DNA of 64,000 nt. Source: a virus. The stretch is taken from IMG/VR virus record IMGVR_UViG_3300025133_006890, positions 1 through 64,000 of that record; one strand, written 5' to 3'. Of this stretch, positions 8,004 to 15,981 are shown piece after piece. Under the pieces are notes generated by a model that was given only the letters and a program-made list of their open reading frames with translations, was not told the origin of the DNA and did not search any database. Numbering within the stretch: position 1 is the stretch's first letter; each line of letters opens with the position of its first letter. The translations under genes and the position numbers were made by a program.

Positions 8004-11000
8004 TGAAACTCCTACTAGAAGGCGGCAATATCTTTAAAGATGTCGACAAGCAGCCATTAACGCAAAGGATCAACAGAAGGGATGTTGTTTCAACATTGCA
8101 GTGGCTAGAACAGATTGTCAAATTGCCACTACAGGACAATACTTTAGGAACAACAGGCAAAAGAGAAACATCTGGCGATTTAGATATTGTAGTAGACGAA
8201 GAAGTAAACACCAAAGAAGGGATTGTCGATCTTTTGAAGCAGTGGGTCAAACACCACCACCCAGAAGATAAGCTTCGAACATGGATTGCAAAGAGCGGAG
8301 TTTCTGTTCACTTTAAAACTCCAATCAATGGTGATGAGAACCAGGGTTATGTCCAAACAGATTTAATGTTTGGCAATCCAGAGTTTATGAAATGGTCTTC
8401 AGTCGGAGAGTTTGGTGATGTTTATCGCGGTCAGCATAGAATGATTCTTCTTCATTCTATTGCGACATCAAAAGGTTATAAGTGGCAGGGTTTCACCGGA
8501 TTAACCAATCGAGAGACTGGCGAGCGCATACAAGATCCTAGAGAGATTGCAAATATTCTACTTGGTCCAGGGCACAACCCACAAGAACTAACATCTATTG
8601 ATGGTATCATAAAAGCTATCTCTGGCCGAGAAGATTATGATCAGATGGTGGCACAAGCCGTCGAGACATTCCCCAAATTTGGTGTGGAATTTCCAGAAGA
8701 GCGGCGGGCGTTGAACGAAGCACAAGACGGCCCACGCATCCAACACGCAGAAGATGCTATCTTTTGGGAGGGAAGCGGTGGTGTTTTCAGAGTTTTGGAT
8801 CTATTAGAGTCAATCCAAGAGGAATCTGGAAAGCTATCTACGACAATTAAATGGGATGGTTCTCCAGCGGTAGTGTTTGGCAGAGATGAAAACGGAGACT
8901 TTATCTTAACTGACAAGAGCGGGTTCAGCGCAAAAGGGTATGACGGCAGGGCCAAAAGTCCAGAGCAATTAAGAGACGTATTTATTAAAATCAGAAAACT
9001 CAATAAAGGAAAAGAGGTATCTCCGGGTTATGAAGAGTTCGCAAACAATATGGCCAATTCTTTTCAGCACTTTGAAGCTTCTATCCCAGAGGACTATAAG
9101 GGATTTTTCTTTGGAGACCTGTTGTATTATCACACTCCAGAGATTGTGAATGATAAATTTGAATTTACTCCGAATGTTGTAACTTATAGAGTTGAGCCCA
9201 ATAGCGAAGTTGGACAAAACATTGCTGCCAGCGAAGTTGGTGTTGTAATTCACAGAGAAATTACACTAGATGGCGAAAAAAGACTCATTAAGAATTTCAA
9301 CATTTTCCAAGAAAGTGGGCTGTTCGTTATGCCTCCCGTAACTATTCAAGACTCAGTTAATGTCGACAATGAATTGATTAATCAAGTTCGCAGCTTGGTA
9401 GAAAAATCTGCTAGCGGACTCGACGATTTGCTTAACTTGGAAACCTTACGATCCCTAAGAATGACAAACTTCCCAAGCCTGTTATACACTTATTTGAACT
9501 TTAAGGTCGGAGATGGTCTAAAGAGCCTTGGGGCAGATTTTGTTAGTTGGATCCAAAATCAAGCGCGAATCAGTGGTGCTAAAAAGCAGAATATTATAAA
9601 TTATATCTCTCAAAAAGAATCCGCTTTCAAGTCTTTGTGGGATATTGTACACAAAGTGATGGTCATCAAAAATAAAATTATTGAACAGCTTGAAGCACAA
9701 GATGCACCCATTCAGGCATTTATTGGAGACGCCAAGGGTGGAGAAGGTTATGTTGTCGCTAGTGGAGGCGGAGATATTAAGCTCGTTGATAGGTTAGGGT
9801 TCACGGCAGTGAATCGCGCCATCATGAGAGAGGCCCTTGAACCAGAATTCGAACCAGAATTGGAAGGTCAGAATATCGCAATGTTCCCAGGCTCCTTCAA
9901 GCCGCCGCACTACGGGCACTTTGCCGTCATTGAACATCTGTCTAATATCGAAGAAGTGGATAAGGTTGTTGTCTTGATTTCTAACCCGATCAAGAAAGTT
10001 AGGAGCCATATAACCGCAGATATGGCCGCAGATGTATTCGAGAAATACAAGGCGGCCTCAACTAATCTGACCGCACCAGTTGAAATTATAGTATCCCCAG
10101 AACCTGCACCAATTAGAGCAGCTCTAGAATTCATTATTAATGAACATGGCGAAGAGGACAAAGCTCGCTCAGGAGATAAAGTTTATTTAGCTACCTCACT
10201 AAAGGATGCCGAGCGATGGAACAAAATTAATCCGACAAAGTACGCCCCAGATGGCGTGTCGGTTGAACCATTGGTGCTCCCGACACAAACAATAGAAGGT
10301 GATGTAGAATTAAGTGCAAGAGACATGAGGGCGGTTTTGGAGAATCCAGAACCAACAGAAGAAGACAAACAAAAAGTGCAAGCTTATATGCACCCGAATC
10401 TTTCTCCAGAAGAAAAAGAAGACCTCTTTGACTTTTTAGTCAAAGAACAAGTTATTGGGGAAGTAAGCACGATGGCGGTTGGCGACGTACACGCATCACA
10501 TGCTAAAAGCTCTCAAGGAAAGAAAGGCGCTGCGAAACCGCCAATTGAATATCGAGGATATGGCAAATCATCATGTTATTATGCAGATGGCAATTGTGGA
10601 GAATTATTAGAGGAAGAAGAAGAATTAGATGAAGGTGCTTTGGACTGGCTGAAGAAAAAGTGGAAATCACTAGAGTGGCGGAGAAGAAAGGATCGAACTG
10701 TGGCAGCCGGCAGACATTCAGAACGAGAGGCAGCAACGAGTGCAGAAGCTGCTTATAGAAAGGAACAAGAACTAGAAGAAATGTCTGGCATGGGTGCGGG
10801 TGCCGTCCAAGTCGGGCCAGCCCCAAAAGAAGAGGAAGAGGAAGAGCGGATTAAACTAGAAAGCTTGACTAATTATACATATACCACCAACGAAGAGAAG
10901 GATATCATGAGTGACAATAAACTAATAGAAGAACGAAAGAAGATTGATGAGATCCTGCTACGTCGGCATGTTCGAAATTCAATTCGCAAAAAGCTCCGAG

Positions 11001-11818
11001 CAAAAACGGAGAGGCTTGAAGAAGAGCAGCAATTAAGATTTGTTGTTAGACAACTAATCAGAGAAGCGGCGATTCAAGATACACCGACTAGCTCAACCGG
11101 CATTAACAAGCTTGTGACAGCACTTAAAATTGTTATACCAATCGTTGAAACATCCTATAAATCACTAACAACTTCGAAGTCCCAGAGAGAGTCGTTTATC
11201 AAACACTTGCTCCAGGCAATCGTAGACACCTTGTCTCCACAAGATGCTCTAGCTGGCCCGTTTGGTACTGGAGAGGAGGGCGAGATGCCTGCTGTTCCAG
11301 ATGCTGAAGATGCAGTAGATGATATGCTCCAAGAAGCTATGGAAGACGATGAAGTAGATATTGATGTCGACCCCGACCCCGACAAGTTCATCGACATTGA
11401 TGATCCTTTTGGGGAGAAGGCTGCGGAAGAAGAGACAAAGAATGCAGAGAAACAAGAAGAGCCAGAAGACAAAATTACCAATGTTGGTGATGAAGAGCAG
11501 TCTTTCCCGACAATCGCTGGGTTGGACGAAACTGGCCGAGACGAAGCTGTTGATGCTTACAAAAAAGTAATCGACCCAATTATTCGTACCTATCGTCGTC
11601 TGCACGATGCCAAAGATAAGAAACACTTTAAGGATTATTTGATTACAAATCTAAAACTTTATTTTGACAAGTGGGAAAATGATATTTCTTCAAATCTCGG
11701 AGACATCTCCACCCCAGAATATGATAACATTGTCCAAGATCGCGATAGATTTGCGGGTGCTGCTCTTCAAGAGGATATTCGGGCTGCGATCATTAATACC
11801 ATCAAAAGCTCAATTTGA
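8003..11818 (+). CDS. Mosaic protein: Pol-beta-like nucleotidyltransferase domain, KxDG ligase-like domain (DUF6267-like), HxGH nucleotidyltransferase (NadD/CoaD-like) domain, acidic C-terminal domain
   Basis: LGTTGKRETSGDLDIVVD...VQTDLM (~8144-8370); TIKWDGSPAVVFGR (8849)...GEGYV...KLVDR; FPGSFKPPHYGH (9908)...LSARDMR. Confidence 0.8.
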   Translation: MKLLLEGGNIFKDVDKQPLTQRINRRDVVSTLQWLEQIVKLPLQDNTLGTTGKRETSGDLDIVVDEEVNTKEGIVDLLKQWVKHHHPEDKLRTWIAKSGVSVHFKTPINGDENQGYVQTDLMFGNPEFMKWSSVGEFGDVYRGQHRMILLHSIATSKGYKWQGFTGLTNRETGERIQDPREIANILLGPGHNPQELTSIDGIIKAISGREDYDQMVAQAVETFPKFGVEFPEERRALNEAQDGPRIQHAEDAIFWEGSGGVFRVLDLLESIQEESGKLSTTIKWDGSPAVVFGRDENGDFILTDKSGFSAKGYDGRAKSPEQLRDVFIKIRKLNKGKEVSPGYEEFANNMANSFQHFEASIPEDYKGFFFGDLLYYHTPEIVNDKFEFTPNVVTYRVEPNSEVGQNIAASEVGVVIHREITLDGEKRLIKNFNIFQESGLFVMPPVTIQDSVNVDNELINQVRSLVEKSASGLDDLLNLETLRSLRMTNFPSLLYTYLNFKVGDGLKSLGADFVSWIQNQARISGAKKQNIINYISQKESAFKSLWDIVHKVMVIKNKIIEQLEAQDAPIQAFIGDAKGGEGYVVASGGGDIKLVDRLGFTAVNRAIMREALEPEFEPELEGQNIAMFPGSFKPPHYGHFAVIEHLSNIEEVDKVVVLISNPIKKVRSHITADMAADVFEKYKAASTNLTAPVEIIVSPEPAPIRAALEFIINEHGEEDKARSGDKVYLATSLKDAERWNKINPTKYAPDGVSVEPLVLPTQTIEGDVELSARDMRAVLENPEPTEEDKQKVQAYMHPNLSPEEKEDLFDFLVKEQVIGEVSTMAVGDVHASHAKSSQGKKGAAKPPIEYRGYGKSSCYYADGNCGELLEEEEELDEGALDWLKKKWKSLEWRRRKDRTVAAGRHSEREAATSAEAAYRKEQELEEMSGMGAGAVQVGPAPKEEEEEERIKLESLTNYTYTTNEEKDIMSDNKLIEERKKIDEILLRRHVRNSIRKKLRAKTERLEEEQQLRFVVRQLIREAAIQDTPTSSTGINKLVTALKIVIPIVETSYKSLTTSKSQRESFIKHLLQAIVDTLSPQDALAGPFGTGEEGEMPAVPDAEDAVDDMLQEAMEDDEVDIDVDPDPDKFIDIDDPFGEKAAEEETKNAEKQEEPEDKITNVGDEEQSFPTIAGLDETGRDEAVDAYKKVIDPIIRTYRRLHDAKDKKHFKDYLITNLKLYFDKWENDISSNLGDISTPEYDNIVQDRDRFAGAALQEDIRAAIINTIKSSI
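10868..10878 (+). promoter_or_regulatory. Candidate internal late-promoter motif ACTAATTATAC upstream of in-frame ATG 10907
   Basis: The identical 11-mer occurs at 38030 before a gene start; here it is followed by GAAGGA and an in-frame ATG (MSDNKLIEE). Confidence 0.5.
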
Positions 11819-11843
11819 CTTTTGAGTTTTCCCGTGCTACGAT
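11815..11843 (+). promoter_or_regulatory. Sigma70-type promoter
   Basis: TTGACT (11815-11820), 17 nt spacer ending TGC, TACGAT (11838-11843); lies in the largest intergenic gap of the window. Confidence 0.7.
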
Positions 11844-11906
11844 CAGATCACTTAAGATTGCTCTTCAGCAATAAAGTTCTATTAAAGAATAAGAAGAAAG
11901 AGTAGT

Positions 11907-12245
11907 ATGAAAGAAAATAAAATAAAAAAATATAGCATATTACGAAAGCTTAAATCAGAAGATAGAATAACTGAAGAGATGATTCAATTATTAGATTGTA
12001 TAGCGCTGGAAGATCTAATTGCACTGAAGCTGGAACTTCTCTGTAGATTGGTCAAAGGGAAGCTTTATGGGCTGAGATTATACGATTCAATGCCATATCT
12101 GGCCAGGGATGCTGTTGTCAAATTTGCATTTTCAACATGTAAAAACAAAAAAGATGTCTCTGGGCTCTTAGGAATTTCCTACAATAGAGTTACTATAATA
12201 GAACGAGAGAAAGAATTGGAATCATTCTTCAGAATAAAGGAATAA
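11907..12245 (+). CDS. Hypothetical protein, possible C-terminal helix-turn-helix
   Basis: 112 aa ORF after promoter; NKKDVSGLLGISYNRVTIIE resembles a Fis-type HTH. Confidence 0.6.
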   Translation: MKENKIKKYSILRKLKSEDRITEEMIQLLDCIALEDLIALKLELLCRLVKGKLYGLRLYDSMPYLARDAVVKFAFSTCKNKKDVSGLLGISYNRVTIIEREKELESFFRIKE

Positions 12246-12246
12246 A

Positions 12247-12456
12247 ATGTCTCAAAATCTAAAACAAATGATCGTTGAATATGTAGGAAATACATACCAG
12301 CCAGAAGATGAAAATGTCACTGCGACAATGGTTGCAGAAGTATTAGCAGATGAATTTCCAGAATTCATTGCCTTGATGGCTCAAGAGAATTACATTAATG
12401 GTTATAGAAAAGCTCTAGAAGATGTGGAGATGTTCAATGACAAGCCAGAAAGTTAA
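12247..12456 (+). CDS. Small hypothetical protein
   Basis: AAGGA RBS; tightly packed between neighbours. Confidence 0.7.
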   Translation: MSQNLKQMIVEYVGNTYQPEDENVTATMVAEVLADEFPEFIALMAQENYINGYRKALEDVEMFNDKPES

Positions 12457-13123
12457 AAACTACATTGCTCAAACAAAGAATGTCTATATGGAACGAAAAG
12501 AAACTACTTTTCACCAAGACGTTAGTGTCATAGTCAAAGATCCGCTTCCAAACAACATTTCACTGGTCAAAGTATTGACCTACATTGAAAAGCTAATTCC
12601 AAAACATCTTGTTTATAACATTGATGCCATCTATATTGGCGACTTTGAATTCATGAGAGAACAGGAAATAAATGCACTCTATACAGATGGCGCTTTGTAC
12701 ATATTCAATCTTCAGAGAAATGAAGCTGATTTAGCAGAAGACATTGTGCATGAGATATCACACGCTGTTGAGGAAAAATTTAGTCAGATTGCCTATGAGG
12801 ATCAGAAAATAGCAGGTGAATTTTATGAAAAACGTATTAAATTATACCATGTTCTGCACGCATACGATTATAAGGTGGACATAGAATCATTTAAGAACCT
12901 AGATTATGATGACAAATTTGATACTTTTTTACATAAAGAAATTGGCTATGATAAACTAGAACACTTTATTATGAATCTGTTTTTAAGTCCATATGCTGTG
13001 ACTTCAATAAGAGAGTATTTTGGTGCAGGATTCGAAGAATACTTTTTGGGAAAGAAAGAAGAGCTTGCTAAAATCAGCCCAGCGCTGTATACTAAGATAG
13101 AGTACATCGTAAACGGAGATTAG
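12437..13123 (+). CDS. Putative zincin-like metallopeptidase
   Basis: IVHEISHAVEE and downstream REYFGAGFE; GGAG RBS favours ATG 12437 over 12422. Confidence 0.65.
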   Translation: MTSQKVKNYIAQTKNVYMERKETTFHQDVSVIVKDPLPNNISLVKVLTYIEKLIPKHLVYNIDAIYIGDFEFMREQEINALYTDGALYIFNLQRNEADLAEDIVHEISHAVEEKFSQIAYEDQKIAGEFYEKRIKLYHVLHAYDYKVDIESFKNLDYDDKFDTFLHKEIGYDKLEHFIMNLFLSPYAVTSIREYFGAGFEEYFLGKKEELAKISPALYTKIEYIVNGD

Positions 13124-13124
13124 C

Positions 13125-13487
13125 ATGAACCCTAGACAAAGGCGTTTTAACGCCCAACAAGAAATTGAGCAAAAAGCAAAGCAGGTACTTACCGAAACTA
13201 TTGAGAGTCTTGAACCTAAAGTTGAGAAAGAACCCGAAAATCATTATGTCGCCAGCGCTGGTATAATGGATGCTAATTGGAAACTTGAAGAACCTGAATT
13301 AGATATCGGCTCTATGAAATGGACCGATATGAAGAAACTTGGAAAGCAGTGGAAAATTTTAAAACTGCACACCATGAACAAAACAAGGCTTATCAAAGCG
13401 TTGGACGAAAAAGCAAAAGAGTTGGGCCATGAGCAAGCAAAAGAAGATTTCGAAAAAGTCACCAAAATCACACGTAAGCTACTCTGA
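13125..13487 (+). CDS. Hypothetical protein with Rho-N/HeH-like motif
   Basis: SMKWTDMKKLGKQWKILKLHTMNKTRLIKAL resembles the Rho N-terminal helix-extension-helix pattern. Confidence 0.5.
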   Translation: MNPRQRRFNAQQEIEQKAKQVLTETIESLEPKVEKEPENHYVASAGIMDANWKLEEPELDIGSMKWTDMKKLGKQWKILKLHTMNKTRLIKALDEKAKELGHEQAKEDFEKVTKITRKLL

Positions 13488-14235
13488 ACTAACAACTTAT
13501 CTAAATTGCAGATGGCAGCACAAGCGAAGGTATACCGATAAGGTACGCATTGGCAACTCTGGCCCATTCGCTATTTTTGGGACATCTATACATAAGGTCT
13601 GCGAGGGCATTATGTCGGGTGAGCCACGTTCTAATTTGTCAGATCAGTTTTCAAAAGAATTTGCGACTAGAATCAAAGAAGAGTTGATGAAGGGTGGGGC
13701 TTTATCGGAGAAAGACAAAAAACTGATTGTAACCTTGAATGAGCAAGGCCGTTCTTTAATTACTCATGTTTATCCTGCTGTTGAAGAGAGATTCGATGGT
13801 TGCGAAACATTCTCTGTAGAGGAGCGTCTATTCGAAGACATTGAAAAGGGTGGAATCAAATTCAAGGGTTTTGTGGATCTCGTCCTTAAGTGTGACGGTA
13901 AGTACCACCTGATTGATTGGAAGACTACAACTTGGGGCTGGGATGCTAGAAAGAAATCTTCAGCCATTGTAACGTATCAGTTAACCCTATATAAACACTA
14001 CTTTGCAAAGAAGCACAATATCGACCCAAAAGATATCGAAACTTATTTTGGGTTACTCAAAAGAACCGCAAAGAAAAATCCGGTTGAAATCTTTAGAGTT
14101 ACGAGCGGAAACAGAAAAACGCAAAATGCGCTTAAGTTGCTTAATGATTCTGTATACAATATGAAGCATGGCCTGCAAGTGAGAAACAAGCTTGGTTGCC
14201 AGTGGTGTGAATTTAAAAATACAGAGTGGTGTTAA
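13429..14235 (+). CDS. PD-(D/E)xK nuclease (Cas4/RecB-like exonuclease)
   Basis: SYSEL..YLNC, FGTSIHKVCE, FKGFVDLV, IDWKT, YQLTLY, C-terminal CQWCEFKNTEWC. Confidence 0.9.
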   Translation: MSKQKKISKKSPKSHVSYSELTTYLNCRWQHKRRYTDKVRIGNSGPFAIFGTSIHKVCEGIMSGEPRSNLSDQFSKEFATRIKEELMKGGALSEKDKKLIVTLNEQGRSLITHVYPAVEERFDGCETFSVEERLFEDIEKGGIKFKGFVDLVLKCDGKYHLIDWKTTTWGWDARKKSSAIVTYQLTLYKHYFAKKHNIDPKDIETYFGLLKRTAKKNPVEIFRVTSGNRKTQNALKLLNDSVYNMKHGLQVRNKLGCQWCEFKNTEWC

Positions 14236-15494
14236 TGACGAAGCGAATTAAGATTATGACCATCTCCGACGTTCCATTGAGTTCGAGCGGAGTGGCGTTA
14301 CAAACAAAATACATGATTGAGGCTCTCTTGAAAACTGGAAAGTTTGAAGTAGTCTCGTTGGGTGGAGCAATTAAACATAGAAGCTACCAGCCCATTAGAA
14401 CAGAAGAATATAAAGATCTGTGGACTATTTTCCCGGTTGATAACTTTGGAAACCCAGACATTATTCGTTCTTACATTAGAAATGAAAAGCCCGACATCCT
14501 CTGGTTCATGACAGATCCAAGATTCTATGTTTGGCTATGGCAGATGGAAGACGAGATTCGGCCATTGCTGCCAATGGTTTATTACCATGTGTGGGACAAT
14601 TATCCCTACCCGACATTCAACAAAGGGTACTACGAATCAACAGATGTTATCGCCACGATTTCAAAAGTCACTGACGACATTGTTAAAACTGTAGCTCCAT
14701 CTGTCGAAAGTTTGTATCTGCCGCACGCAGTCGATCCTACTATTTTCAAACCAATGTCACAATCTGATATTGCGGACAACCGTAAAGAGAATTTTGATGG
14801 ATGGAAAAATGATAAGTTTTTGTTCTTCTGGAACAACAGAAATGCTCGACGTAAGATGAGTGGATCTCTCATTTGGTGGTTTAAGGAATTTCTTGATGAG
14901 GTTGGCCACGATAAAGCGTGCCTTCTAATGCACACAGACCCGAAAGATCAAAATGGTCCCAATTTGGTTGCCATCGCAGATGAACTCGGCCTTACAGAAG
15001 GGCAGGTTATCTTCTCTAGAAACAAGATTTCGATGAATGACATGGCTTTGATGTATAACATGGCAGACTGCACGTTCAACATCGCTGATGCCGAAGGCTT
15101 CGGTCTTTCTCAGCTTGAATCGCTGTCTTGTGCGACTCCGACAATTACTTCAATGACTGGCGGCCTTCAAGAACAGGTGACAGACGGCGAAAATTGGTTT
15201 GGCATTGGCATCGAGCCGGCAAGCAAAGCAATCATTGGTTCTCAACTTGTTCCGTTTATCTATGAGGATCGTATTTGCAAGGAAGACTTTATTGCAGCTT
15301 GTAAGACGATGTTTAATAAGGATAAGAAAGAGCTAAAGAAGATGGGTCAAGACGGTTATCAGCACGTTCAAAAGAACTATAATTTTGGTAACTTCACAAA
15401 CAAATGGATTGTTCTAATGCAAGATGTTTATGATCGTCACGGCTCATGGGATACGAGAAAGAATTACAAAAGCTGGACAGTAAAGGAGTTTTAA
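14235..15494 (+). CDS. Glycosyltransferase, GT4/GT-B family
   Basis: LPHAVDPTIFKP, NNRNARRK, MYNMAD, AEGFGLSQLESLSC (Ex7E motif); TAATG coupling. Confidence 0.9.
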   Translation: MTKRIKIMTISDVPLSSSGVALQTKYMIEALLKTGKFEVVSLGGAIKHRSYQPIRTEEYKDLWTIFPVDNFGNPDIIRSYIRNEKPDILWFMTDPRFYVWLWQMEDEIRPLLPMVYYHVWDNYPYPTFNKGYYESTDVIATISKVTDDIVKTVAPSVESLYLPHAVDPTIFKPMSQSDIADNRKENFDGWKNDKFLFFWNNRNARRKMSGSLIWWFKEFLDEVGHDKACLLMHTDPKDQNGPNLVAIADELGLTEGQVIFSRNKISMNDMALMYNMADCTFNIADAEGFGLSQLESLSCATPTITSMTGGLQEQVTDGENWFGIGIEPASKAIIGSQLVPFIYEDRICKEDFIAACKTMFNKDKKELKKMGQDGYQHVQKNYNFGNFTNKWIVLMQDVYDRHGSWDTRKNYKSWTVKEF

Positions 15495-15495
15495 G

Positions 15496-15981
15496 ATGAA
15501 TGAAGAGGAAAACAAATCAATTGTTGATTCACTAGTGAAGAAAGACAATTATCCATATCTGGCTCGAACTAACGATCTTGAGAAAACAGCAGAAGAGCTT
15601 GAAAAACAAGCTGGCAAAGGAAAGGAAGTTTTAAAAGCGAAAGATATGGTTCGTAGTGACCATTGCCGGATTGCCAAAGCACGCTCTGCAAGACAACATT
15701 TTAAATATTCGTGGTTATATTTTAGATATAGCATCCGTATGTTTTTAGCAGGCTGTCTGTCGTTTCCCGTGGTTCTGAGAAATTTGTGGACAAAGGAGCA
15801 GACTCCAAGTATGATTTATTGTGATATCTTATACGAAAGTGATAAAGATGGTGGTATTGACCTTGATTACCATTTTCCTGTTTTACAAAATAAACAAAGA
15901 GTGAAAAAGCTCTCAATCGATGATACGACGAACAAACACAACGTTACTGACACCCACAAGAAGGCAAAAATAAATGATTAA
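15496..15981 (+). CDS. Hypothetical protein
   Basis: AAGGAG RBS; fills the gap between two glycosyltransferase genes; no recognisable motif. Confidence 0.6.
   Translation: MNEEENKSIVDSLVKKDNYPYLARTNDLEKTAEELEKQAGKGKEVLKAKDMVRSDHCRIAKARSARQHFKYSWLYFRYSIRMFLAGCLSFPVVLRNLWTKEQTPSMIYCDILYESDKDGGIDLDYHFPVLQNKQRVKKLSIDDTTNKHNVTDTHKKAKIND

Noticed and set aside
13429-14235. cas4 of a CRISPR-Cas locus
   Set aside because: No other cas genes or array seen; stand-alone Cas4-like nucleases are common in phages.
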